In this document: piece after piece, positions 12,231 to 24,653 of the stretch | How the letters are laid out: the number at the start of each line of letters is the position of its first letter | Numbering within the stretch: the stretch's first letter is position 1 | Assembly: GCA_951804945.1 (NCBI GenBank) | Contig: OX638150.1 | Location: 69,378,001 to 69,442,000, forward strand | DNA from: Podarcis cretensis | Taxonomy: Eukaryota | Length of the DNA stretch: 64,000 nt | Reading direction: 5' to 3' | The notes under the pieces: generated by a model | Database searches by the model: none | Told to the model about the DNA's origin: nothing | What the model saw: the letters and a program-made list of their open reading frames with translations, nothing else | Made by a program: the position numbers and the translations under genes

Positions 12231-15200
12231 GGGTGAGAATTGCCTGCCCTGAACTCCTTGGAGGAAAGGACAGATACACATGTAAAATGAAAATAGTTTG
12301 CATGCATCATGGTGATTAAAACAATTAATTGGAAAGTCCAAGAGGACATGGGGGTGATGCCCTAACGCAAAGCAAGACAGCAGGGCATGGATTTTGCTAA
12401 CAACTTCCTCCCATCTGGGAAGAGAGTCAGAATGAGTGCAGTGGACATCAATATCCGTGAAGGTGAGGAGGAAGAACAATTGGTGTTGCTTTATGGATTA
12501 GTGTCTGGTGACTACTGGGGATAAGCTTGGTCCTAGTGCAGAGAAACCCAGCAAACGTAACCTCATTCATATAGTGTCTCATCTGCACAATATATGCAGC
12601 CTCTGTGAGGACTGGATGCTATCCATTTATGGCATGCAGAGCAGAGCCTGATATCAAAATGGAAGGGCTGAAGCCCAGCTGGAAGTTACACCAGCTGACC
12701 TTGAAACCTCTCCATCTCTGTGCGGGGGCTGATTATGGGCTTGTTCAGTGGTGAGAGGAAGGCTCTCTGTACATGCTCAAAAGTGCACTCTCTCATTTCC
12801 ATCTTCCTGGCTCTAGAAGCAAGCAGTATATTGGACTACTAAAATAAGCAACCCAGTGTATTTTCACCTCCTTCCACTCCTCACAGCCCGATCAAGTTGC
12901 TGGTCTGCCACGGAGGCTGCTCCCCCAGCTTTTACCATCACCCCTGCCCTTGAATGCCTGCCTCACTGGCAATATCCCTGTTCCTGGGGAAAGTTCTTGC
13001 CCTTGGGCTGCTCCCTGCCTCTTTCCACCTGAGGCTTGGGGCAAGAACAGCCAGAACTCTTTCCCCCACACCCCACCCTGCAACACTTAAAGGCATCACT
13101 TTCTCTATTCAACACTGCTGGGAGGGATAATTGATACTAAAGCCCTAGTTAATGCACTGGCTTTGCTGGGGGATTTATCGCTGCCGATAGCGTCTCCTGC
13201 TCCCAATTACCCATTTAGCTGCTGAGATAACAGGCTGCTCAATCAGCCCCATCCCCATGGTTATATACTGCAGCTCGATGCTCATAAATACTGTCCAAGC
13301 ACAGCTGGAGGCACCTCCTTGCAGGGTCATGGTAGGAGCTGCTGGCATCCATTCTGCAGAGTCTTGCCTCCCTTCCACCTGGCTCAGCCCTTGTCCTCCC
13401 CCAAGGCCTCACCTCCCTTTGCTGCTCCTTGTCTGGGAAATGTAGCTCAGATCCATCACCTAGGTGACTTCAAAAGCATTGAGCCTGTTTCCATGACAAT
13501 CCTGATGCAGGTGAGCAGGGCAGCAAAGGCAAGAGGGCAATCTGAGCCTGCCTCCCACTGCTCCCAGGGGTGCAGGCCTCCCTTGATGGTGCCAAACCTC
13601 TGTCCTGGGAAGTCTGGGGCACTGTCTCAACTTGGCAGAGGCTGCAGTGCTGGAGAAAGTCAGTTATAATGCTACTTTTATGTTGCAGGGTTCCCTCCCT
13701 GTTTAAGGCCCCCCCCCCTGAACACCACTGGCACAGTCTCAACCCCATCTGTATAATGGGAATAATTGCACTGATCCCCCCTTGAAGGATCTAATAAACA
13801 AATACAAAGGTTTTCTTAAACACCACAGGAAATGCTACACAAAAGCAAGGGCATGAAATTCTCATTGCTGAAACATTCCCTGCCCAGAATTAAAACTGGA
13901 GGTACCCTTCAATTGTACAGCCAAAAATATTTATTAAGTGTGGAAGTGTAAGCATTGCTCACCTGCTGAAGCCTACATCTCATGTAGGAAACTACCTTCA
14001 ACCAGGTCTGGCTATTTGCTTATCTAGCTCAGTATTGTCTCCTCCGATACGCAGCCAATCTGCAGAGTCTTGGGGCAGAGGCTTTTGCCCCATTGCATGC
14101 TCCTGATTGTTGTTTTCCAACTGAAAATGTCAAGAGAAGAACCCAGGACCTCCAGCACACAAATGTGGGATGTGCTATGGAACGGTGGTCCCCTTCCTCT
14201 CTGTTTCTGCATGAGTCACTAGGATGAGAGCGACTCCTGGTGGGATGAAAGCACAGGAGCTGAGGACAGTCACGCAGACAGCCTCTTCTGAGAGCAGGTA
14301 ACTCTGCTCAGTCCCTGCATCAGGAGCGATTGGATGAACCAGTCACATGCGATGCCAAACTATACCCTGGCCTGCCAGTGGAGAATGATCAAAAGGAGGT
14401 ATGACTGGAGCAGTAAATTGTTGCAGGATTCAGCAGGTAACGAATGAATGAAGGCTTTGGGCTCATAAGTGACTGTATTTCCCATGGTACATTGTTTGGG
14501 GATCGCAGGGCTAAGGATAGTTGGTTCTATCCAATGCCAGTCCTACTCAGAGTAGACCCATTGAAATGAATGGGCATGACTAGCTTGGGCCTATTCATTT
14601 CAACTGGTCTGTTTTTAGGAGAACTTGGCTGGATGCTACCCAGCGATGACAGCTACTGTATACCTGCCACCCAGGTCCTCGCAGCATGTTGTCCCACAGA
14701 GCTAATTCAGGGGCCCTTTCCCCTCATGGCAACGAGTCTTTCCTGCTGCCCCAGCAAATGCCTGCTCACCCAAAATGGCAGGCTCCTCTGCAGCAGAAGG
14801 GCTTGGATTTTGCATGTTTCCCTGCCATGTGTTCGTCGCTGTGTCAAGTGGTACAAAAGGAGGAGTTCACTTTTACAACCATTAGTGTAATGAAAGGTGG
14901 CAGCCCCTTGATGTTGCAGCAGTCTGGCATAAGGAAGGGATTCGCTGAGCTCCCACTCTCTGCCTCCACAGTCTGTGCCCCCAACAACACACACACATAC
15001 ACACAGCCACATGGCCACATCCCCAGCTATTAAAGGGGCCGGGAAGATAATGAGCTGACAGGGAAACACAAAATCAAGGCAGCCCCCAAGCTCCCGTTGT
15101 GCTCATAGAAAGAAACAAGATTGTAATTACAGGGACAGCGGGCAATTAAGTGGGTTGAGGGCTAATTAGTACCATTAGGTGGAGGCCTGCCACAAGGGAC

Positions 15201-15350
15201 TTTCCCCACCAGCTCTGCAGGGATAGCAGTGATCGGGGCAGTTTACTAGGGGCAGGAGGGGAGGCAGGGGGCTGCATTCCGGCTTGCGCTCAAGAGCCAG
15301 CCCCAGAGAGGTCCCTATCCCAGCCCTATTGCTGCAAGAATAAGCCAAGG

Positions 15351-15495
15351 TCATAGAATCTTTGAATTTGTAGAGTTGTATAGGGCCACAAGGGTCATGT
15401 AGTCCAACCCTTTGCATGCCAGGAATATTTTGCCCTACGTGGGGCTTGGACCCATGACCCCAGGATTAAGAGTCTCATGCTCTACCAACTGAGTC
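15351..15495 (-). mobile_element. tRNA(Lys)-derived SINE with CR1-like tail
   Basis: Reverse complement CTCAGTTGGTAGAGCATGAGACTCTTAATC...; tail GGGTTGGACTACATGACCC...ATTCTATGA. Confidence 0.7.
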
Positions 15496-15575
15496 ATGTA
15501 AATCTTTTGCCAAGTTAATATCAGGGTGTAGGTATGGATCCAGTCATTAGAGCTCCTATATGCAGGTGTACCCTA

Positions 15576-15941
15576 CGTGGGTGACGGGACGCGGGTGGCG
15601 CTGTGGGTTAAACCACAGAGCCTCGGACTTGCTGATCAGAAGGTTGGCGGTTTGAATCCCTGCAACGGGCAACGGGGTGAGCTCCCGTTGCTCGGTCCCT
15701 GCTCCTGCCCACCTAGCAGTTTGAAAGCACGTCAAAGTGCAAGTAGAGCAATAGGTACCGCTCTGGCGGGAAGGTAAACGGCGTTTCCATGCGCTGCTCT
15801 GGTTCGCCAGAAGTGGCTTAGTCAGGCTGGCCACATGACCCGGAAGCTGTACGCCGGCTCCCTCGGCCAGTAAAGCGAGATGAGCGCCGCAACCCCAGAG
15901 TTGGTCACAACTGGACCTAATGGTCAGGGGTCCTTTACCTT
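15576..15941 (+). mobile_element. Sauria SINE, full length
   Basis: tRNA-like head GGGACGCGGGTGGCGCTGTGGGTTAAACC (from 15586), ACCTTT-type tail, 17-bp TSD TATGCAGGTGTACCCTA (15559-15575, 15942-15958). Confidence 0.9.
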
Positions 15942-16601
15942 TATGCAGGTGTACCCTAGGTCTCTCTCTGTGTGTATATGCAATAGATCCACATTTGTTG
16001 TCAATGACAATTCTGTTTCCATGCTGGGGACAAGCTATTCATTGACATTTGAGGCACAACCTTTATGAATTCAAACCTTTAGGATGAATGTAAAGTTACT
16101 ACATATGAATTCTGCCTCCTTCCCCCTAAAGACATCAGTGCAGCAGCAACAACGCCACTTCCCATTTTATCCTCACAACAACCATGCAGGATAGATCAGA
16201 TTGAATGCTGTGACCTGCCCAAATCCATCCAGTAAGCTTCGTGGCTCAGTGGAGATTTAAACCTGGGTCTCCCTGGTCCTAGCCTGGCGCTCACACTCTG
16301 CTGCATTGACTATCAATGATCTGAACCCAGACCTCCCCATTCTTAATCGGCCGCTCAGACTAGTACACTGCAGGTAGCCTAGCATTGTCCTGATTCCTGC
16401 CTAAAGAGCATTGGGAATGGGTCCAGAAGGACACAACTTGTTCCAAGCCAACATCCCAGTCTTATATCTGTGTTGGAATTGTGGGTTTGGCATGGATTCC
16501 TACCAGGGAATGATTGAGGAGCAAAAGAAGATCCTCACAGTTAACATGAGGAGGTGTGAAGGGTGCTTGTGGAAACCTGCCGTTCTGTTCATTAATAGTT
16601 T

Positions 16602-18199
16602 TTTTTTTAAAATAATATTTATTAAAGATTTTCAAATATAACAGAAAAAAAAATCCAAATTTAAAACCTTATTTTCATTGGCATCCTTCCAGGACTTCCC
16701 CTCCCCTCCCCCTCTTGTATTCCAATTCTTTCAAATAGATTCAACAAATTCTTACCCCAAATTTTAAAATTATTATCACTGGCCCAATTTAAAAAATATT
16801 TTCCCATCCCCTAAAATCGACCTGTTCCCTTCCACGAGTTCCCCTCTTTAATATGCAATACAGATTAAAATAAACAGAAAAATAGAAAAAAGAATAAAAT
16901 GTAATTTAACACCCTTTGGATTCCAAATTTCCCTCCCCTCTTTCCCGGTTGCGTTCCCAATGTCCGTCAATATCTACTGTCATCCTGGAGCTCCCACATC
17001 TAAACCACAGTCCTTCACCAGTCCGCTTTGCCGTCTTTTTATTAGTCTTTGCCGTCTTTTGGTCATCTTTGATTTCACATGTCCAATCTTGGAAGGAGTC
17101 TATCTTCCGACTTTGTCCAGTTCTTGTTATTCTTGTTGTTCTTGTTGTTCTCTCTCCTCCTCTTTTTTTTTTTCCCCGCTCTCTAATTCCAAAAAGCTTC
17201 TAATTCCTCTGCAGAGGCTTTGTTATTCAGGAACAAAACATTACGTCAAGTCCCTTCCATTCTTCAATAGATAAATCTATTGTCTCCTTTAGTGTGTAAA
17301 CCTCTGTAGACAAAATAGTGTTCCATTTCTGCAGTTTCCCAGGAGATAAAAAGTCCTATTCAAATTCGATGCCAACAATACTTGTAGTGTCCCACAGCTC
17401 CTCTAGAGGGATTATAGTAACTCAGTTTCCTTCCCGATCACACCCAACAGTCAAAGTAACTTATTATTCCTTGTTTTAAACAATTTATATCCAATTTGTA
17501 ACAAATGTGACCAGCAAAGTCCTCGTAACAAAGTTCTCTTTTTGTTCTTCCACTTTGACAGCTCCTTTGACAGCTGTCAAAACCTCTATTTCTCCTCTCC
17601 CGGCGCTCTTACGGATCGCTCCCGGGGTTTCCGGGGGGGGGGGGTTGCCTTTTAATTCACATTCCACTTTTCTCCTCCAGCCCAGTCTTATAATTTTCCA
17701 TCGTGAAGTTAATAATTTTATCAAAAAAAGGTTGCACTCGATCTTAGTTGTCAAATCCTTTGCTTTAGCTCCTCTACAACAGGGGGGAGGCTGACTTCCT
17801 TTTTGCACCTCCCCCGCTCGCTCCGAATTTAAAAAGAATTTTCCCCCTTTTTTAATCCAAGTTCCAATTACTCACGGGTTATTCTTTTAAAGTCCAAATT
17901 TTCAATGGAAGAAGTCAGTGCTCTCCGTCGAATGGCATGCGGCTTCGCTCGGCAGGGGAAGTGGAGGACTCACAGCACCCCCCCGTCACCCGCTCCGCAG
18001 CCTTTAAAAAGGCTCCTTCGCGGGTCGGGGGGGGGACGCAAACGGTGCCCGCCAAGTCACCATGCCCATGGGTTTCAGCGCCCATGGTTTTTGAGGGTCC
18101 CCGCGTCGCCGGCGCGGTAGAACCCAGCCCCTGCCGAGCAGGCTCCCTCCGGAGCTCGGAGGGAGTCCGCCATTCGGCGATGGCGCCAACCCGGAAGTC
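16602..18199 (-). mobile_element. L1-like non-autonomous retroelement, 1.6 kb with both termini
   Basis: 18-bp TSD TCTGTTCATTAATAGTTT (16584-16601, 18200-18217); CpG-rich 5' end GACTTCCGGGTTGGCGCCAT; AATAAA plus poly(A) 3' end; no RT/endonuclease ORF. Confidence 0.8.
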
Positions 18200-19652
18200 T
18201 CTGTTCATTAATAGTTTGGGGGCATGTCACTGAAATCAGGAATCCAACAGGTGTTTATACTGCAGTATCAGGTGCAAAAGTTCTGGTGGTTAAGGTCCAA
18301 GTCTGCTAAAACGAAGGGTTATGAACAACCAATGTACGGTAGCATTGTGACTTGTAGGAGGCTGTCCCTAATTTCTGTACTGAAATCCTGAATTTGCAGA
18401 ATTGAAATGAAATCTGTCAATCCAGATCCGTTTATGCATATGCGTGTGCATATCTGATCTTAGGCTGCTGTCCTAATCCCACTTACCTGGGAGTAAGCCC
18501 TATTGAATGCAATAGGACTTACTTTTGAGCAGGCATAGTATTGTGCTGTTAGTCATTGAGCTACTCTAAAAACAAACAAACTATGGCTATGCAGTGTACA
18601 TCATCCTCTCCACCCAAGCAGAAGTATGCCATAAGATCTGTTTAGCTGGCCAAGGGTTTCTGTGAAAAGATTTCCCGGTCTCAAAGTCCATCTGCACTGT
18701 TTTGCTGCTCCGTACCTCCTACATTAAAACATTACTGTTGCTGCTGTCTTGTTACATTTATACCCCACCTTTCCCCCAAGGAGCTATATGGTTCTGCCTT
18801 TCCCCATTTTATCTTCACAACGACTCTGTGAGGTAGGTTAGGCAGAGAAACAGTGTCTGGCCCAAGGTCACCCCATCTCCCAGTCCAGCACTCACTCACT
18901 CAGGGTGGTCACACACAGTCTCCCTTTCAATACTATTTGCACCTGCAAAGTTTTGGGAGTGACCACATTGCTTCATTTCCAGTCAGTGCATTTCCTGTAG
19001 CTTCTTGCAGAAATCCCATAACTTTTTATACCACAAATGTTCTGGTTTATTTTTGTCCAGCTTTTGGTGCGCTATAGCCCCTCTGGACAGCAATAACATG
19101 GTTGTGTTGGGGAAGCACTGCAGGACCAACCCAAGTGGAATAAATCTAGTACTATGCATTATTATTGTGTCCAGTGCTTTTTTACACAGCGGTACACATG
19201 CCCCTAAACACTTTGTGAATCTAACGGGAGAAGAAACTAAGTTTCTTCTCTAGCACGGTGAATCTTCAGTTCTGTTGAATCATCAGTTTCGTTGTTACTG
19301 ATGGCGGCTTCATTTCCTTTCCCAGTGATTTTCTTGAGTCAAAATGAGAGTACCCCTAAACATTTTAAAGAAAAAAAGCACTTATTGTGTCTATAACATG
19401 TTGCAGAGGACACCTGCAATGAAACATCTGTCTTGGGGGGGGCACGTCCCTCTCCAGGCCATGCCCCCCACCCTCCTTAAGAACTTTCCCCTGACTCTTA
19501 CTAGCCTGGATGTGCAGAGGGGTGTAGGGGGTGTGGGTGTACAAACCGTTGACTGTGTGACTTAAGTGCAGACTATATAATTGTAAGAATCACCTCCCTT
19601 GCTATGCCCTCTTTGGTCTCTTGCCCTGCTTGTCATTGGCATGTGGCACCTG

Positions 19653-19843
19653 CAGGGGTGCCAACTTGAATAAAATATTTTGAGGGGGCAGGTAATCCAG
19701 ACCCCACATAATTAATCACAAGATGCAGCACACGCACACCGCATTTGAATGGCAACGCCCATTAACCTTTGGGGCCCCGGCTCCCTCAAATATTTTATTG
19801 AGGGGACCGAAGGGACCTTGGCCCCTAGGAGTTGGCTCCTATG
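19653..19843. mobile_element. hAT-type MITE, probably nested in an older hAT element
   Basis: Ends CAGGGGTGCCAACTT...AGTTGGCTCCTATG; 8-bp flanks GGCACCTG / GGTGCCTG. Confidence 0.65.
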
Positions 19844-21219
19844 GGTGCCTGGGAAGTCCACCACAAGAGGATGCTTCCCTTGGGCTGGGAAAAGGTTTGC
19901 CACACCTGACGTAGCCCGTCGTATGTGGGAATGGTTAGCGAATTAGTCACCGAAGTACTCATCCTAGAAATTGACTAATATGTTTGAAAACATTTGATAC
20001 TCTGTTTCTGTAACAGCTCAGGAGGTTGGATCTAGGATATTATCATCTTGTTAATGAAAAGGAATGGGGTGGGAACACTTCTATTATGCTTAAGAATCTC
20101 AGAGCCTTTTCAGATCATAAAAATATGGAGGTTTACCTGTGGCGCTCTCTTTGCAGTAGTCCTGATCCGGTGCCAGTTGCACAATCATTCACCCCCACAT
20201 AATAGAGGAGGGCAGTCGTTTTGCGGCTGTTTGCCATTTGTTTTTGCTAAGTAGAAGGCTGGGCGATCACTCCAGGGCTGGCTTTGCACAGCAGGGGAGC
20301 ACACAGGCAGCAAGAAAACGGGGAAAAAATAGCTTCCACGCAAAGGTTCCTGAAATGGCAGTGAAAGGAGGGAGCCGTAGGGGCAGATGTCAGCTTTTGG
20401 GATTTTAAAAACAACCAAGCGAGTGCTGGATGAGCTGTTACATCAGGGCTTACTTTGTGCATCAGGGAAACACGTAGCCATCAGCAAGATAAATTATTAT
20501 CTTTTAAAATAAGAAGTGCCTAAAATAGAAGTTGGTGGAAGGATCCAGTCACGAGGCAGAGGAGTAGGGCATTTATTGTTCAGCACTGGCACTGGCAGAG
20601 ACAGGATGACAGAAGGCAGGTTTGTAAGTAGCCACTCACCTGGCTGCCTGTGGTGAAGGCCAAAATGGATGTGGCAATAATTTACACACTTCAGAACATA
20701 ATACTCACACAAAACCAGAAAACGGCACAGACAATTGGTACTAGCCTTATCAACGCATATTTTATTTCGAGCCTCCAGATTTGCACAAACCCAGAAAATA
20801 CACAACCAACTTTACAATTTCCTGGCTGTGTGTTTTTGCACACTTCTTGGTGGTGGAGGTTGTTGTTTTAAAGCAGGGTGCATGTAGCTATCTGCACTCA
20901 TGCCCTACTGGTACTTAATTGGCATAACAGAATCAAGAAATTAGAAGGCAGCGACACACACAAAACGGAATGCCTACTGGTATGAACAGCAAAGACAAAT
21001 CAAATATATGCAATATACAAATTCATGTGGGTGCAGACTATTCTTTTCAAGTTCAAATGGAGAAGCCCATAGTTGTATGTGGGCTCAGCCCCCTACTGTT
21101 CGTTCCTCATTGGCTGCTCAGGATTGCTTGGGAGGTCACAATGCTGCAGAGACCATTGAAGCCATGACTGTGAGAGTACCCTGTTAGGATTTAGAATCCA
21201 CATCTAGTACCCTGAAGCT

Positions 21220-21343
21220 CAGGTGTGAGGAACCTGTGGACCTCCAGATGCTGCTGAACTATAGCTCTCATAATCTTTGGCCACCAGCCATGCTTTCTGG
21301 GGCTGATGGGGCTGATCTGGAGGGCCAAAAGTCCCACACATCT
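21220..21343. mobile_element. Degenerate hAT-type MITE
   Basis: CAGGTGTGAGGAACC...CCCACACATCTG termini with the same palindromic core as the other copies. Confidence 0.6.
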
Positions 21344-21506
21344 GTTGCCTTCTCTTGGCCTCCTTGGTCCAGAGTCCCCATATCTCCCACCTGTTTCCTT
21401 AACACAAACAGTGTTCAGTCCCAGTCCTGCTTTCTCCTTTCTTCTACTTGCTTGTCTTCAGCACCCTGTGGCACCCAATGTCTGTGTTTGCCTTCCTTGT
21501 CTCTTC

Positions 21507-21939
21507 TCTTTTTTAAAAATAATATTTATTAAAATTTTAAAGGTTACAAAAAGAAAAAAGAAAAATACCACATTAAACAAAAGCAAAACAACACATCACA
21601 ATATGAAAAAACAGAAAAATAAAATCCATTAAACAGAAACCAAAACGCAAAGAAAAATACAGCAAATCTTCTCATTACTTATCTTTCATTAGCTTATTTC
21701 CTTGACCTCCTCACACCTCCCTTTTTTGTATTCTAGATCAATTATCCATTTCAGCAAATCCTTTCCCTCTTTTAAAATTTTAGTCCTGTAGATTATCTTA
21801 ATATAATGTAACTTTACTTTTCCTCCTTTCACCAGTTAACAGTCAGTTATTCCCAAATCCTTTATATCATTCCTGCTAAAATAATATAATATTATTCCAA
21901 CATCCTTCTAACAGTTATTAATTTTACAATGTTTCTTGT
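21507..21939 (-). mobile_element. 5'-truncated L1-type LINE 3' end
   Basis: 15-bp TSD CTTCCTTGTCTCTTC (21492-21506, 21940-21954); AT-rich 3'UTR with AATAAATATTATTTT...poly(A), like the 16.6 kb element; 5' end reads ...KHCKINNC*. Confidence 0.75.
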
Positions 21940-23559
21940 CTTCCTTGTCTCTTCAAGGGCCTAGTCAGCCCCTTGGTTCTGCTTTCACTGCTTAGGGGCT
22001 CCCTGCACCTTAGCTTTCCGATATCTTTTCTTGTACCTCTTGATTCCCAGCCAAAGTGATGGCTTTCCTTTCCTTCGTAGAAAATGGATTTCAAATTGTT
22101 TAGTTCCCCGAGCAGGTAAGCAAACATTCTGAATAATCTCACCCGCTCAACCAATGAGCGCCAGGTGCTTCTCCATCACAAGTGCAATTCAGTATCAATG
22201 TGTTAGTTGAAGGGGAAATGCCATTTTCCTACAGGCAAAATGCATGCTCCGCAGTTTGGCTAGAGCAATTCTGTTTTCTGGAGCGCCGCCATTCCTAACT
22301 TGTGCGGTGCATTGTTACCCCGACTTCCTCTCCCTGCCGCCTTCACCTCTGCTAACACCAGACCCATTCCTGATCTTTCTGCACCTCTTCCTAATCCCAG
22401 GTCTGTGTTCCCATATGCACAGCACTGCAGATGTTCCCCACCTTCACCCCCATCTCGCAGTCCTTCCAAATAAGGATATATGGGCAATGTTCAGTGCTGC
22501 CAATGCACCTACTACCAGCCAGCAGCAAACTGGTGGCTTGTATCTGGGCTCCCTCTTATTCTGCCTCACCTGCTTCCCTCCTTCTGCACTCTCCCCCCTT
22601 CCACCGTCAGCTTCTGCTAGCACCCTCAATCTTCTACCTCCACACCTCTAAACCTCCCATTTAGAGCTCCCTCTCAACAGGGACCGTTGCTTGCGCTACT
22701 GTGCTAGATTGTGTGCATTAGTTTTTGTGACAAAGCTGAATGCCCAATTTTAGAGGCTGCTAAATTCACTTCACCTGGTGGGATTAAAAGTGCAGGGCTC
22801 TGCAGCAGCAGCAGCAGCCCTCTTGCATTGCCAGGTGCTCTTTCCCTGTGCCAGGCCCAAGAGGCCTTTGGCTGGGGACGGAGAGGAGAAGAAAAGGGCA
22901 CATTGCACTTTATTGCCATAATGTGGCTTAATGAGGAGTAAATGGAATAAATAAAGTGGTTTCCAATAAGATGATGTTTCTGGCCGTAGGTGGCTTGCCT
23001 GGCAATAGATGAATTGGGCAGATGCACAGGATATGTTTGTGTAAGACCATAGGAGGCTGCATAATCCAGGATTACAACCAGAGTATTTGATATGTGAGTG
23101 GAGTGGCTGTCTGGCAAACTGATGTGTATATTTTAAGACACATTTTTGAGCATCTCATGTGCATCTTGCAGAGCAGTTGCATGGCAATTGCATTTTATTT
23201 CACAAGCCTCTCACTGGCATGTATACACAGTGCTGTGTTTGTCGGTGCATAGATTCTGGGTACCATTTTTTGAGTTTGCTGCAGCTAAATGGGTATGAAG
23301 GAAGGATGCAATGTGTACTTGATGTATTTTCTGAGTGTGTGCCTCCACAAGTGCATTTGCCTGCAGGTACAGCGCCATGCTTGCTGCATATGTACATTTT
23401 ATGGCACATCTGCCTGACAGGCTTACGTGTGCACAGTTCCTTGCACGTGCAGACATACCTGTGCTAGTGTTTGTTGGACCCAGATGCCCCCCTGCTTGAG
23501 CTGCAGGCAGCTAGGCTAGGGAGTGGGGTGGGGGGTTGAGAGTTGTTAAATCAGTGAGT

Positions 23560-23700
23560 TATGAAATGCCTTTATATCCAGGACAGGGGTTTTAATTAAA
23601 TTAATTGCCAGCAACGCTGTAAAAGTGCTGAGGGGTAATAACCGGAGCGTTATGGCGCCGTTTATCTTCCCCACGTAAATTAGCTGCTGCACCTAACTAC
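23560..23700. promoter_or_regulatory. Candidate intronic enhancer / conserved non-coding element
   Basis: Non-repetitive; TTTAATTAAATTAATTG homeodomain cluster with several retained CpGs; conservation not tested. Confidence 0.4.
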
Positions 23701-24430
23701 TCTCGGCAGCCAGACGTGAGCAGGGTGCAATGCCTGGCAGGTTGAGTCTCTGGGAGCTGCCAAGGGCAGGGAGGGGGAGTTATCTTGCCCCAGGCTTCTC
23801 TTTCCCAGCTGCAGTAAGTGGTCTGTGCCATCGCACATCTGGCTGACATGGGGCCAGTTGTGGCGGGGGGGGTGCATGTTTGACTCAGCAAAGGCATTCT
23901 CTCCGCACCAGTCCATACTGCCCTCTTCTGGCTTGCTGGGAGGCTGCAGGGCACAGAGCATCCTTCAGGCTCTCTGTGCCAGCCTGACCGATGGGAGAAG
24001 TGGGTGAAAGGAATGCTGTTTAGACAGCGCCTGTTCAGTGGCTGCTATGCCTGGGATGGGGCTTGTAGGGCTTGGTGCAGGAGCAGGTGGAAAGGGCCTT
24101 GGGACACTTTGCTCAGAAACAACTGAGGGGCAAGGGAGGAAAGAGGTCTCCTCAGTGTTGCAGGCAGGACAGGAGGCCAGGGACCCCAAAGGCAGGGAGC
24201 CAAGATCCAGGGGGCATGAATGAGGCTGCCAATTAGCCTAAGACTGGACTTGGTAAAAAATATGGTGGTACACCATCATTTTCAGGGCCGGTAGCTGCAT
24301 TCCCTTGGGTGGGGAGTAATCTAGGGCTGCATACCAGCAGTGGGCAGAGCCAAATCCAAAAACATGCAGGGACAGCTCTTTTCTGTCTTTCCTTATCTGT
24401 CTGTCTCCTCCATTTATGTATCATCTTATG

Positions 24431-24433
<3 letters not shown>

Positions 24434-24485
<52 letters not shown>
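24434..24485. repeat. (CT)n microsatellite
   Basis: About 26 perfect units. Confidence 0.95.
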
Positions 24486-24489
<4 letters not shown>

Positions 24490-24605
24490 TCACACTGTTA
24501 ACTTGCACCCATTTTTACATGGATAGACACAGGCTCCCCTCACCCTGCAAGCTTGGCTGCTTCCTTCTGGAACCCTCAGCTTTCACTCGCTCCCAGCCTC
24601 TCACC

Positions 24606-24653
24606 CATTCATTCATTCATTCATTCACTCATTCATTCTCCATCCATCCATCC
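24606..24653. repeat. (CATT)n/(CATC)n tetranucleotide repeat
   Basis: Directly visible. Confidence 0.9.
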
